NCBI GenBank assembly: GCA_038231275.1
Contig: JBBRLQ010000016.1
Location: 96,001-160,000 of the forward strand
DNA: 64,000 nucleotides
Reading direction: 5' to 3'
From: Polyangiales bacterium
GTDB taxonomy: Bacteria > Myxococcota_A > Polyangia > Polyangiales > Polyangiaceae
Part shown: one piece after another, positions 1 to 8,339 of the stretch
How the letters are laid out: every line of letters starts with the position of its first letter
How positions within the stretch are numbered: the first letter of the stretch is position 1
Notes under the pieces: generated by a model
The model's input: the letters and a program-made list of their open reading frames with translations, nothing else
Databases searched by the model: none
Told to the model about the DNA's origin: nothing
Position numbers and translations under genes: made by a program

Positions 1-8
1 CGCACGAG

Positions 9-2063
9 ATGGCGAAGGATGCGCCGGCGACCACGTCGGTCATCACCGCGCAGGACATGCACCGGTACGGCATCCGGTCGATCGCCGAAGCGATCGATTT
101 CCTCGGGATCGGCCTGATCACGCAGAACCCGCTCCACTCCGTCGAGATCGGCGGCCGCGGCGTCCTCGTCACGTCGGACTTCGGCAACCACGTCCTGCTC
201 GTCGTCGACGGGCACGTGTGGAACGAGCCGTGGGACGGCACCGCCTACTTCGAGCAGGGCGCCGGTATTCCTCTCGAGATCATCGATCACATCGAGCTCG
301 TGCTCGGCCCCGGCTCGGTTCTCTATGGCGGCAACGCGATGATCGGCGTCGTCAACGTCGTCACCAAGCGCGCCGCCTCGTACCGTGGTCTGCACCTCAT
401 CGCCGAGGGCGGCCTCTCGCCGCAGCAGGGTAGGAACGGGGCGATCACGAGCTGGTCGCCGGCAAACCTCGGTGGCTCGTACCGCCTGGGCGCCGGCTTC
501 GGGCACGAATTTTCGCTGTTCGGCAAACCCGCCGAGATCGTCGCCCACGCCGAGCTCTACGGGCAAGACGGTCCGTCCTTCTTGTGGGGCCCGCAAACCG
601 CGACGACCGCCGACGGTGCGCCGCGCGACTTCGGTCCGCGCACGCCGGTCGGCCTCTGGGGCGGTCGGATCACGCAGCAATACACTACGACCGTCCCGAC
701 GCTGTACACGCGCATGCACGTCGGCGACTGGTCGGTGATGTTCCGCGCCGAGTCGTATCGCCGCACGACGCCGACGCCGAACGGCTTCAATCAGCAGAAC
801 ACCGACTTCGACGAGCCGCGTTCGTACGAGCGCGATCGCTTCCTCTCCCTCGACGTCCAATACAAGAAGCGAATCGGCGAGCGCTTCGACCTCTCGCTGC
901 GCGGCTACGCGGACGCGTACGACTACTTGCAGCACACCTACAACACGGACACCAACGTGTGCGCCGTGCCGACGACCGGGCCCTGCCTCTTCCAGGGCAA
1001 GGGGCACTCGCGCTGGATCGGCGCCGAGGTGCAAGGCTCGTACGATTGGACCGGCGGAGACCGCTTCACCACGCTCGTCGGCCTCAAGGGCACAGTCCGC
1101 GACATCGGCGGCGAGACCGACTCGATCGACACGAGCAACAGCCAGACCGTTCATGTCGACGGCGACAAGACCCTCACCGAGATGGTCTGGGCGGCGTACA
1201 TCCAGCAGCGCCTCAACCCGGTTCCGGTCCTGCATTTGAACGCCGGCGCCCGCTATGACGCGGAGCCCCGCGGAGGCGATCGCGTCTCCCCGCGCGCCGC
1301 CGTCGCGCTGGACGTGTGGCGCGACGGCGTCGTCAAGCTCAGCTACGCCGAAGCATTCCGCGCGCCCACGTTCTTCGAGGCCTTCTACGAGTCGCCGAAC
1401 CAGCGGCCGAACACCGGCATCAAGTCGGAGTCGGTGCGCGGCGTCGAGTCGAGCATCGAGCAGCGCTTCGGGCGTCACAAGCTCCTGTTCGGCGTCTTCC
1501 GCACGTGGTGGAGCGACATGATCTCCATTCGCCCGATCGAGGACGGCGTCTACCAGTACGAGAACGTCTCGCGGATCGACAACTACGGCTACAACGGCCG
1601 CGTCGAAGGGGCGATGGGCGCGTTCCGTTACGGCGCGTCGGTGACCGGTGCGTACACACGACGCACGACGCCAGACGGCACCGATCCGCTCCCCGTCGCG
1701 CCGCAGCTCTTCGGAAACCTTCGCGGCTCCTACGCCCTCCCCGCGCCTTGGCCGACCATCGGGCTCGCGACCACGTTCGTCGCCAAGCGGCCGGCCGATC
1801 GCGTGCTCGACGGAAATTTCGACCCTGCCCCTTACGCGCCGGCGAGCGCCGAATTCCGGCTCACGTTGTCGCAGCTAGTCCCTGGCGTGAAGGGGCTTTC
1901 CTACCGCCTCGCCTCGTCGATCACCACGGGTAGCGTCTCGCCTTACGTCGCCGGCCCCACGCAAGGCTACGCCCCGAGCGCCTCCGCGCGAGGCCCCGCC
2001 GAGCTCACGCCCGTCATCCGTTTCGTGACCTTCGGAACGCTCCAGTACGACCTGCCGCTATGA
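9..2063 (+). CDS. TonB-dependent receptor (5' end probably upstream of the window)
   Basis: Plug motifs (APATTSVITAQD; IDHIELVLGPGSVLYGGNAMIGVVNVVTK), barrel motifs (LNAGARYD, SPRAAV, SYAEAFRAP), C-terminal LQYDLPL. The frame is open back to the window edge. Confidence 0.93.
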   Translation: MAKDAPATTSVITAQDMHRYGIRSIAEAIDFLGIGLITQNPLHSVEIGGRGVLVTSDFGNHVLLVVDGHVWNEPWDGTAYFEQGAGIPLEIIDHIELVLGPGSVLYGGNAMIGVVNVVTKRAASYRGLHLIAEGGLSPQQGRNGAITSWSPANLGGSYRLGAGFGHEFSLFGKPAEIVAHAELYGQDGPSFLWGPQTATTADGAPRDFGPRTPVGLWGGRITQQYTTTVPTLYTRMHVGDWSVMFRAESYRRTTPTPNGFNQQNTDFDEPRSYERDRFLSLDVQYKKRIGERFDLSLRGYADAYDYLQHTYNTDTNVCAVPTTGPCLFQGKGHSRWIGAEVQGSYDWTGGDRFTTLVGLKGTVRDIGGETDSIDTSNSQTVHVDGDKTLTEMVWAAYIQQRLNPVPVLHLNAGARYDAEPRGGDRVSPRAAVALDVWRDGVVKLSYAEAFRAPTFFEAFYESPNQRPNTGIKSESVRGVESSIEQRFGRHKLLFGVFRTWWSDMISIRPIEDGVYQYENVSRIDNYGYNGRVEGAMGAFRYGASVTGAYTRRTTPDGTDPLPVAPQLFGNLRGSYALPAPWPTIGLATTFVAKRPADRVLDGNFDPAPYAPASAEFRLTLSQLVPGVKGLSYRLASSITTGSVSPYVAGPTQGYAPSASARGPAELTPVIRFVTFGTLQYDLPL

Positions 2064-2701
2064 GGACGATGGACGCCCTCCACCTGCCGTCCGCGCCGCG
2101 CGATCTTTCGCGACGGCGGGGCTTCGCGCAGTGGGCGCCGCTCTTCCTTGCGCTCTCCTTCGTGCTCACCGCGTTGACGTTCGCGCGTGACGCCCGCGCC
2201 GACGCGCGCGTTCCCGTGCAGCTCCAAGCGCAGCTGGTCGCCCGCCTCGCCACTTTCGATCGGAATTTCCAAGCGCGCGCCGGATCCGTCGTCAACGTCC
2301 TCGTCGTGCACCTCGCGGGCAACCCCGAGTCGACGTTCGAGGGGGCGAACCTGGCCAAGGCGCTCGGTGAGCTCCGCGACATCGCCGGCGTCCCCGCGCG
2401 CGTCGACGAGGCCGCCTTCAGCGACGGTGCTTCTCTGGCCACGCGCTGCCGCGATCAGCACATCTCGATCGTGTACTTCGCCGTGGGCCTCGAAGGCGAG
2501 ATGACCGCGGTCGCGAAAGCGCTGGCCGGCGTGGACGTCTTGACCGTGGGCACCGCGGCGCGTCACGCAGAGAACGGCGCCGTCGTCGGTTTCGGTCTCG
2601 AGGAAGCGCGCCCCAAGATCGTCCTCAATCTGAAGCAAGCCCGCGCCCAGAACGTGGCCTTCAAAGCGGAGCTGCTCAAGCTCGCGCGCATCGTCGAATA
2701 G
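2060..2701 (+). CDS. YfiR/DUF4154-like periplasmic protein
   Basis: Signal peptide; C-terminal VLTVG...GAVVGF...IVLNLKQARAQNVAFKAELLKLARIVE matches the YfiR family ending; ATGA overlap with the receptor stop. Confidence 0.85.
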   Translation: MRTMDALHLPSAPRDLSRRRGFAQWAPLFLALSFVLTALTFARDARADARVPVQLQAQLVARLATFDRNFQARAGSVVNVLVVHLAGNPESTFEGANLAKALGELRDIAGVPARVDEAAFSDGASLATRCRDQHISIVYFAVGLEGEMTAVAKALAGVDVLTVGTAARHAENGAVVGFGLEEARPKIVLNLKQARAQNVAFKAELLKLARIVE

Positions 2702-2743
2702 ATGCCCCCTTCAGGTCCTCGCCGCCGGGCCGTTCTCGACATC

Positions 2744-3163
2744 ATGCCTCCGAAGGTGATCGTGATCGACGACTCCGCGACCGTGCGCGAGCAAGTGAGC
2801 ATCGTTCTGGCAGCCGAGGGCTACGAGATCGTCGAAGCCGAGGACGGCGTCGAAGGAGCAAATGCCATTCGTCTCAACCCCACCGCCGCGCTCGCGATCT
2901 GCGACTTCAACATGCCGAACGGCAGCGGCCTCGAACTGCTCCAACTGCTCAAGGAGCGCGGGGATTCGGTGCCCGTCTTGATGCTCACCACCGAAGGCCG
3001 CGCCGACCTCATCGAGCGGGCGCGCGCGTTCGGCGCGAAGGGGTGGATGGTCAAGCCGTTCAAGCCCGGGATGTTGTTGGTGACCGTGAAGAAGCTCGCG
3101 CGCGCGGCCTGCCACTTGCGGGAGCTCCCGAGGAAGCCGCCGAGCGCCGGCGCGCCGAGGTAG
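2744..3163 (+). CDS. Single-domain CheY-like response regulator
   Basis: VIVIDDS, CDFNMP (phospho-Asp), MLTTE and VKPF motifs. ATG at 2744 preferred over the ORF-track start. Confidence 0.92.
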   Translation: MPPKVIVIDDSATVREQVSIVLAAEGYEIVEAEDGVEGANAIRLNPTAALAICDFNMPNGSGLELLQLLKERGDSVPVLMLTTEGRADLIERARAFGAKGWMVKPFKPGMLLVTVKKLARAACHLRELPRKPPSAGAPR

Positions 3164-3227
3164 CGAGAGCGCGTGGTATTACCGACGCTCAGCGCGCCGA
3201 GGTAGCGAAAGCGCGTGGTGTTGCCGA
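3150..3227 (+). repeat. Imperfect 36-bp direct repeat, 42-bp period (2 copies)
   Basis: 3150-3185 gcgcgccgaggtagcgagagcgcgtggtattaccga vs 3192-3227 gcgcgccgaggtagcgaaagcgcgtggtgttgccga; 3 mismatches. Confidence 0.85.
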
Positions 3228-3350
3228 GACGAGGGTGCGCGAGCTCGAAGGGGAATTGCGTCGCGTGCGCGGCGGGAAGAGTTCGGGAAGTCGACTCGCT
3301 CCTGCGCGCAACGCGAAGCTATTATTGACGCGCGTACATGATTGCAAAAT

Positions 3351-3490
3351 TTACTGATTCGCTTGGCCGCCGCCGGAGTGCTGGACCATGTCTTGGGCGA
3401 GGACGACCGTGGACCGCTCCGCGCCCTCCTGCGTGACCGTCGGCGTCGAAAAAATCGGCGTCGGAGTCGAGGTCGGAGTCGGGATCGCCG
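3351..3490 (-). pseudogene. Internally deleted relic of a TonB-dependent receptor gene homologous to 48013..50586
   Basis: Minus strand reads PTPTSTPTPIFSTPTVTQEGAERSTVVLAQDMVQHSGGGQANQ*. 3352-3390 matches 49931-49969 at 35/39 nt and 3394-3442 matches 50075-50123 at 43/49 nt (manual alignment). Confidence 0.88.
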
Positions 3491-3518
3491 GTAAGAGCTA
3501 TCGCCGCGGGGCGTCGCC

Positions 3519-3962
3519 TCAGGGCACGTGGAACGCGTTGCAGGTGCCGTGGTGCTTTTGGTAGCCGTACCAGGAGTTGAGGCCGCCCGAGTCGTAGACC
3601 TTCTTCGCGCACGCGGCGTTCGTCGCCGGATCGAACAGCTCGCTGCGCGTCACGCCGCACGCGTGGAGCCAGATGCGATCGTTGATCTGGAAGAGCCCGT
3701 AGTCGACCGAGCCGTTGCGGTTGGTGTTCGTGGCCCTCGTGAAGTAGCTCGACTCGTACTTCGCGGTGCAGACCATCTTGGGGACGACCGACTCGTGGAA
3801 GCCGGCGTCGCGAAGGAGCTGCGCGATGTGCGAAGGCGTGAGCTGCGTCCCTGCGAGGAGCGGCGCGACGTCTTCGGTGGTGCCGGCTCCGTCGTCAGCG
3901 GAAGGATCCTCGCCGCCACACGCGAAGAGAGGGAGTAGCAGTGCAAGAGCGATTCGCTTCAT
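3519..3962 (-). CDS. Lipoprotein with c-type lysozyme (GH22)-like muramidase domain
   Basis: Lipobox LFAC; MVCTAKYESS (catalytic Glu), ATNTNRNGSVDYGLFQINDRIW (catalytic Asp), CAKKVY and GLNSW motifs. Confidence 0.88.
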   Translation of the reverse strand: MKRIALALLLPLFACGGEDPSADDGAGTTEDVAPLLAGTQLTPSHIAQLLRDAGFHESVVPKMVCTAKYESSYFTRATNTNRNGSVDYGLFQINDRIWLHACGVTRSELFDPATNAACAKKVYDSGGLNSWYGYQKHHGTCNAFHVP

Positions 3963-3974
3963 ACGGTGCGCTTC

Positions 3975-3990
3975 AGCAACCGACGTGCCG
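3975..3990 (-). promoter_or_regulatory. Putative sigma54 -24/-12 promoter of the lysozyme gene
   Basis: Minus strand CGGCACGTCGGTTGCT has GG-N10-GC spacing and is close to the TGGCACG-N4-TTGCW consensus. Confidence 0.65.
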
Positions 3991-4153
3991 CGCGATCGGT
4001 AGGCGCGCCTCTCGGGAAATTCGACGCGTGGGAAGGCGACGGCGTCGGGAAACGTGGGCGCGCGATCCAGGCTGGATCTTGCGATTTGCCGCTATTTATC
4101 GAGAATTCTTGCGCCGGCGGAGGCGCTGAGGGTGAACGATTCCGCCGCTGCCG

Positions 4154-5029
4154 TCACTCGAACGTCATCTGCGCGTAGACGCGCGCGCGATCGATGTCGC
4201 GCGACTCGGGGCCGAAGAACGCGCCGACGACGACGATGCGCTCGCCGGCCTCGAACGTCCGCACCGCACACTTGAGCGTCTCACCGGCGAAGCTCGGACG
4301 ACGGAAGGCGATGTCGAGCTTGCGCGCGAGCACCGTCGTCGGCAGATCGAGCGCGGCGAGGCGTCGCAGCGCCACGTCCTCGAAGAGGCGCGGGTACACG
4401 AGGGAGTTCACGTGCTGGTTGCTGTCGGTATGCGCGACACCGAGGACGAGCTTCGCGGGATCGTCCAGGATCTCTGGCTCGAGGGATCGCGCGCCGGCGG
4501 GGGGCTCGATCGTCGCGCGCGCCGCACGGAACGGACGCGCCGTCTTCGGGACGATCGTCTCGCCTCCGATGGGCAGCGCGACGACTCGACGCTCCTCGGC
4601 CGGCGCGAAGGGGCGCGTGAAGACGTGTTCCGCGCGAACACGGCCGGCGAGCGCGCGCGTTCCCGCGTCGTCGGGCCGCGGCAAATTCGTGCGCCCGAGC
4701 GGCCCGTAGAGCTCGGCGTCCAGATCGAGGAGGACGCGTGCGATCTTTCCGTCTGCGCCCAGCGAGTGGGAGAGCGCGAAGCCGCCAAGGACCTCCATCG
4801 CCTTGTCCACCGCGAACGGACCGGGCGCACCTTCGAGCTCGTAGCGCGTCAAAATCGGGATGATCCCGGCCTCACGCATGCTCTTCCGGACCTCGGCGTC
4901 GCCCATCATCTTGCGCCACATCGCGCCGAGCGCGATCGGCATCGTCTCCAGGCGGAGACGCCCGTCTTGCGTCACGTCCTCGTAACGGAGATCGAGCTTG
5001 CCCGAGAGACGTTCGCCGTCGAGGTTCAT
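4154..5029 (-). CDS. Double hot-dog acyl-ACP thioesterase-like protein
   Basis: LRYEDVTQDGRL and HTDSNQHVNSLVY motifs. The ORF-track N-terminal extension overlaps the neighbouring gene, so start placed at 5029. Confidence 0.75.
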   Translation of the reverse strand: MNLDGERLSGKLDLRYEDVTQDGRLRLETMPIALGAMWRKMMGDAEVRKSMREAGIIPILTRYELEGAPGPFAVDKAMEVLGGFALSHSLGADGKIARVLLDLDAELYGPLGRTNLPRPDDAGTRALAGRVRAEHVFTRPFAPAEERRVVALPIGGETIVPKTARPFRAARATIEPPAGARSLEPEILDDPAKLVLGVAHTDSNQHVNSLVYPRLFEDVALRRLAALDLPTTVLARKLDIAFRRPSFAGETLKCAVRTFEAGERIVVVGAFFGPESRDIDRARVYAQMTFE

Positions 5030-5062
5030 GCCACGGCGATGATACCGCGGTACGCTCGCCGT

Positions 5063-5764
5063 ATGCAGGGCCACGAGATCACCATCCCGGCGGGGGACGG
5101 CGCGCCGGAGACGCCGGGCTTCGCGGCGTGCCCCCAAGGAGCGCGGCGCGGCATCGTCATCATCCACGAGCTCTTCGGCCGCCAGCCGGAGATCGACCGT
5201 GTGGTGCTCCGCTTCGCGGCGGCGGGCTACGCGGCGGTCGCGCCCGATCTGTTCCATCGCGGTCGCGTCGCGTGCCTCATCGACGTGTTCCGCGCGATGA
5301 AGACCGGGACCGGCAAGAGCGTGCAACAGGGACGCAACGCGCGCGCATGGCTCTGCAACGAGGCGCGCCTGGCGCCGTCGCAGATCGGGCTCATCGGCTT
5401 CTGCTTCGGCGGGGGCTACGCGCTCGCGGCCGGCGCGGGGTGGGGCGCGGTCTCCACGAACTACGGCGTGGTCCCGCCGGCCGAGACGATGCGCGGCATC
5501 GGTCCCGTCGTCGGCTGCTACGGCGGGCTCGACAAATCGTTCCGCGACACGGGCGCCCTCCTGACGCGGCGCCTCGCGAAGGTCGGCGTCGTCCCCGAGG
5601 TGCACACGTTCCCGGACGCCGGTCACTCGTTTCTGACCGATGGGCATCACCCGATCGGCAAATTCGTCGCGCGTCCCCTCGCCCTCGGCGACTATCCGGC
5701 CGAGCGCGAGGAGGGGTGGACCCACATCCTGGGCTTCTTCGACCGCCACCTCGCGGCGAGCTAA
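5063..5764 (+). CDS. Dienelactone hydrolase family protein
   Basis: IVIIHELFG, APDLF, GFCFGG (nucleophilic Cys), YGGLD and AGHSF motifs. Confidence 0.93.
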   Translation: MQGHEITIPAGDGAPETPGFAACPQGARRGIVIIHELFGRQPEIDRVVLRFAAAGYAAVAPDLFHRGRVACLIDVFRAMKTGTGKSVQQGRNARAWLCNEARLAPSQIGLIGFCFGGGYALAAGAGWGAVSTNYGVVPPAETMRGIGPVVGCYGGLDKSFRDTGALLTRRLAKVGVVPEVHTFPDAGHSFLTDGHHPIGKFVARPLALGDYPAEREEGWTHILGFFDRHLAAS

Positions 5765-5778
5765 GATTGTCCGTCGAG

Positions 5779-6435
<657 letters not shown>

Positions 6436-6454
6436 ACGGGCACTTCGTCGGCGC

Positions 6455-8245
6455 CTACTGGTACCCCGCCGCCTGGAGCGCGAAGAGCTGCGCGTAGCGG
6501 CCTCCCTTCGCGACGAGGCTTTCGTGCGTCCCTTGCTCGACGAGCTGTCCGTGCTCGAGCACCACGATGCGATCGGCCATGCGCGCCGTCGGGAAGCGGT
6601 GCGAGATGAGGATGGTCGTGCGCCCCTTCGCGAGCGTGCGAAAGCGCTCGAAGACGGCGTGCTCGGCCTCGGCGTCGAGCGCCGCGGTGGGCTCATCGAG
6701 GACCAGGATGTCCGCCTCTTCGCGCATGAAGGCGCGCGCGAGGGCGACCTTCTGCCATTGCCCGCCCGAGAGCTCCTTGCCCTCTTTGAACCAGTGCCCG
6801 AGCTGCGTGTCGCGGCCGTGCGGCAGCTCGGCGACGAGGCTCTGCGCGCCGCCGAGATCGATCGCGCGATCGACCCGCTGCGCGTCCTCGACGTGCTCGA
6901 CGCTGCCGAAGCCGACGTTCTCGCCGAGGCGGAGCTGGTACTGGTTGAAGTCTTGGAAGACGACGCCGAAGCGCTTGAGGAGCGCGCCGGCGTCCCAATC
7001 TTTGAGATCGCGGCCGTCGAGGAGGATGCGCCCCTCGGTCGGCTCGTAGAGGCGCGTGAGGAGCTTGATAAGCGTCGTCTTGCCGGCGCCATTTTGGCCG
7101 ACGAGCGCGAGGGAGTTGCCTGCGGGGATTTCGAGATCGATGTTGCGGAGCGCCCAGACGTCGGAGGTCGGGTACTTGAAGCCGACCCCTTCAAGGCGAA
7201 GCCCGGCGCTCGGAGTCGGAGTCGGAGTCGGAGTCGGAGTCGGAGTCGGAGTCGGAGTCGAGATTGTGAGGAACTGAAACAGGTTCGACATGTAGAGCCC
7301 GTGCTCGTAGATGCTCCCGATCGCGCCGAGCACCGACTGGAACGACTGCTGCCCGTAGCGGAACGCCACCACGTAGAGCGTCATTTCGCCGAGCGTGATC
7401 TTCTGCGTCGCGGCGCCCGTCGCCATGAGCACGTACGACGCGTAGAACGCCGCCGTCCCGAAGAGGGAGAGGCCCTGCGTCACCGCGGCGCGGCGCATCG
7501 CGAGCGAACGGTCCTCGCGAAAGAAGGTCTCCGCGAGCGCCTTGTAACGGCCGAGGAGCGTGTCGCCCAGGCCGAAGAGCTTCACCTCCTTGGCGTGCTC
7601 GTCGTTCGCGAGGACGTACTCGAGGTAGATGAGCTTGCGCGACTCCGGCGAGCGCCAGTTGCGGAGGCGGAACGTCTCCTTCGAGTAGCGCATTTCGGCG
7701 ATCGTCGCCGGCACGGTCGCGATGACGAGCGCCCCCACCACCCAGCCGCTGAACTGAACGAGGAGGACGCCGTAGCCGACGAGGGTGATGACGTTCTGCA
7801 CCAGCTGGAACAGATCCGACACGAGCGCGAGCGGCCGCGACGACGCCTCACGACGCGCGCGCGTGAGCTGATCGTAGAACTCCGAGTCTTCGAAGTGCCG
7901 CAGCTCGAGCGTCTGCGCCTTCTCGAGGATCGTCACGTTCACGTCGACGCCGAGGCGCGCGCCGAGCACCGACCGCACGACTGACAGGCCGCGCGACGAC
8001 AGGGCGAGCGCCACCGCGAAGCCCAGCTCGACGAGCACCCAGTGCAGCGCCAGATCGCGCGAGCGCGCCACCACCGCGTCGACGATCGCCTTGCCCGCCC
8101 ACGCGACGCCGAGCGGAAGGAGCGCGGCGACCAGCGTGAGCACCGCCAGCGCAAGGGTCAAGACGCGCGACGAGCGCCACACAAGCGCCAACGTCTGCGG
8201 CGTGTGCGCAAACGTTCCTCGTGCGGCTCCTGGTGAAGAAGCCAT
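6455..8245 (-). CDS. ABC exporter, fused permease/ATP-binding subunit
   Basis: N-terminal TM helices; GQNGAGKTT, LSGGQWQK, VLDEPT and ISHR motifs. Start is 8245 or 8293. Confidence 0.95.
   Translation of the reverse strand: MASSPGAARGTFAHTPQTLALVWRSSRVLTLALAVLTLVAALLPLGVAWAGKAIVDAVVARSRDLALHWVLVELGFAVALALSSRGLSVVRSVLGARLGVDVNVTILEKAQTLELRHFEDSEFYDQLTRARREASSRPLALVSDLFQLVQNVITLVGYGVLLVQFSGWVVGALVIATVPATIAEMRYSKETFRLRNWRSPESRKLIYLEYVLANDEHAKEVKLFGLGDTLLGRYKALAETFFREDRSLAMRRAAVTQGLSLFGTAAFYASYVLMATGAATQKITLGEMTLYVVAFRYGQQSFQSVLGAIGSIYEHGLYMSNLFQFLTISTPTPTPTPTPTPTPTPSAGLRLEGVGFKYPTSDVWALRNIDLEIPAGNSLALVGQNGAGKTTLIKLLTRLYEPTEGRILLDGRDLKDWDAGALLKRFGVVFQDFNQYQLRLGENVGFGSVEHVEDAQRVDRAIDLGGAQSLVAELPHGRDTQLGHWFKEGKELSGGQWQKVALARAFMREEADILVLDEPTAALDAEAEHAVFERFRTLAKGRTTILISHRFPTARMADRIVVLEHGQLVEQGTHESLVAKGGRYAQLFALQAAGYQ
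7211..7258. repeat. Perfect (CGGAGT)8 hexamer tract encoding a Pro-Thr linker
   Basis: Direct reading; lies between the TMD and NBD of the ABC exporter. Confidence 0.95.
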
Positions 8246-8339
8246 GCCTTTGCTTTGATGCTTTGCGGCGCGATGGGGGCTGCGGGAGGCCACGTCGGCT
8301 TGCTTTTAGCATCAACCGGAGCGCGGCGCGGGATCGCCC

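Noticed and set aside
3150..3227. Possible mini CRISPR array (36-bp repeats)
   Set aside because: Only two imperfect copies separated by 6 nt, no cas genes; better explained as a coding-type tandem duplication.
3352..3442. DGR template/variable repeat pair with 49931-50123
   Set aside because: Mismatches are not adenine-specific, the match is interrupted by a deletion, the target is not C-terminal, and there is no reverse transcriptase in the window.
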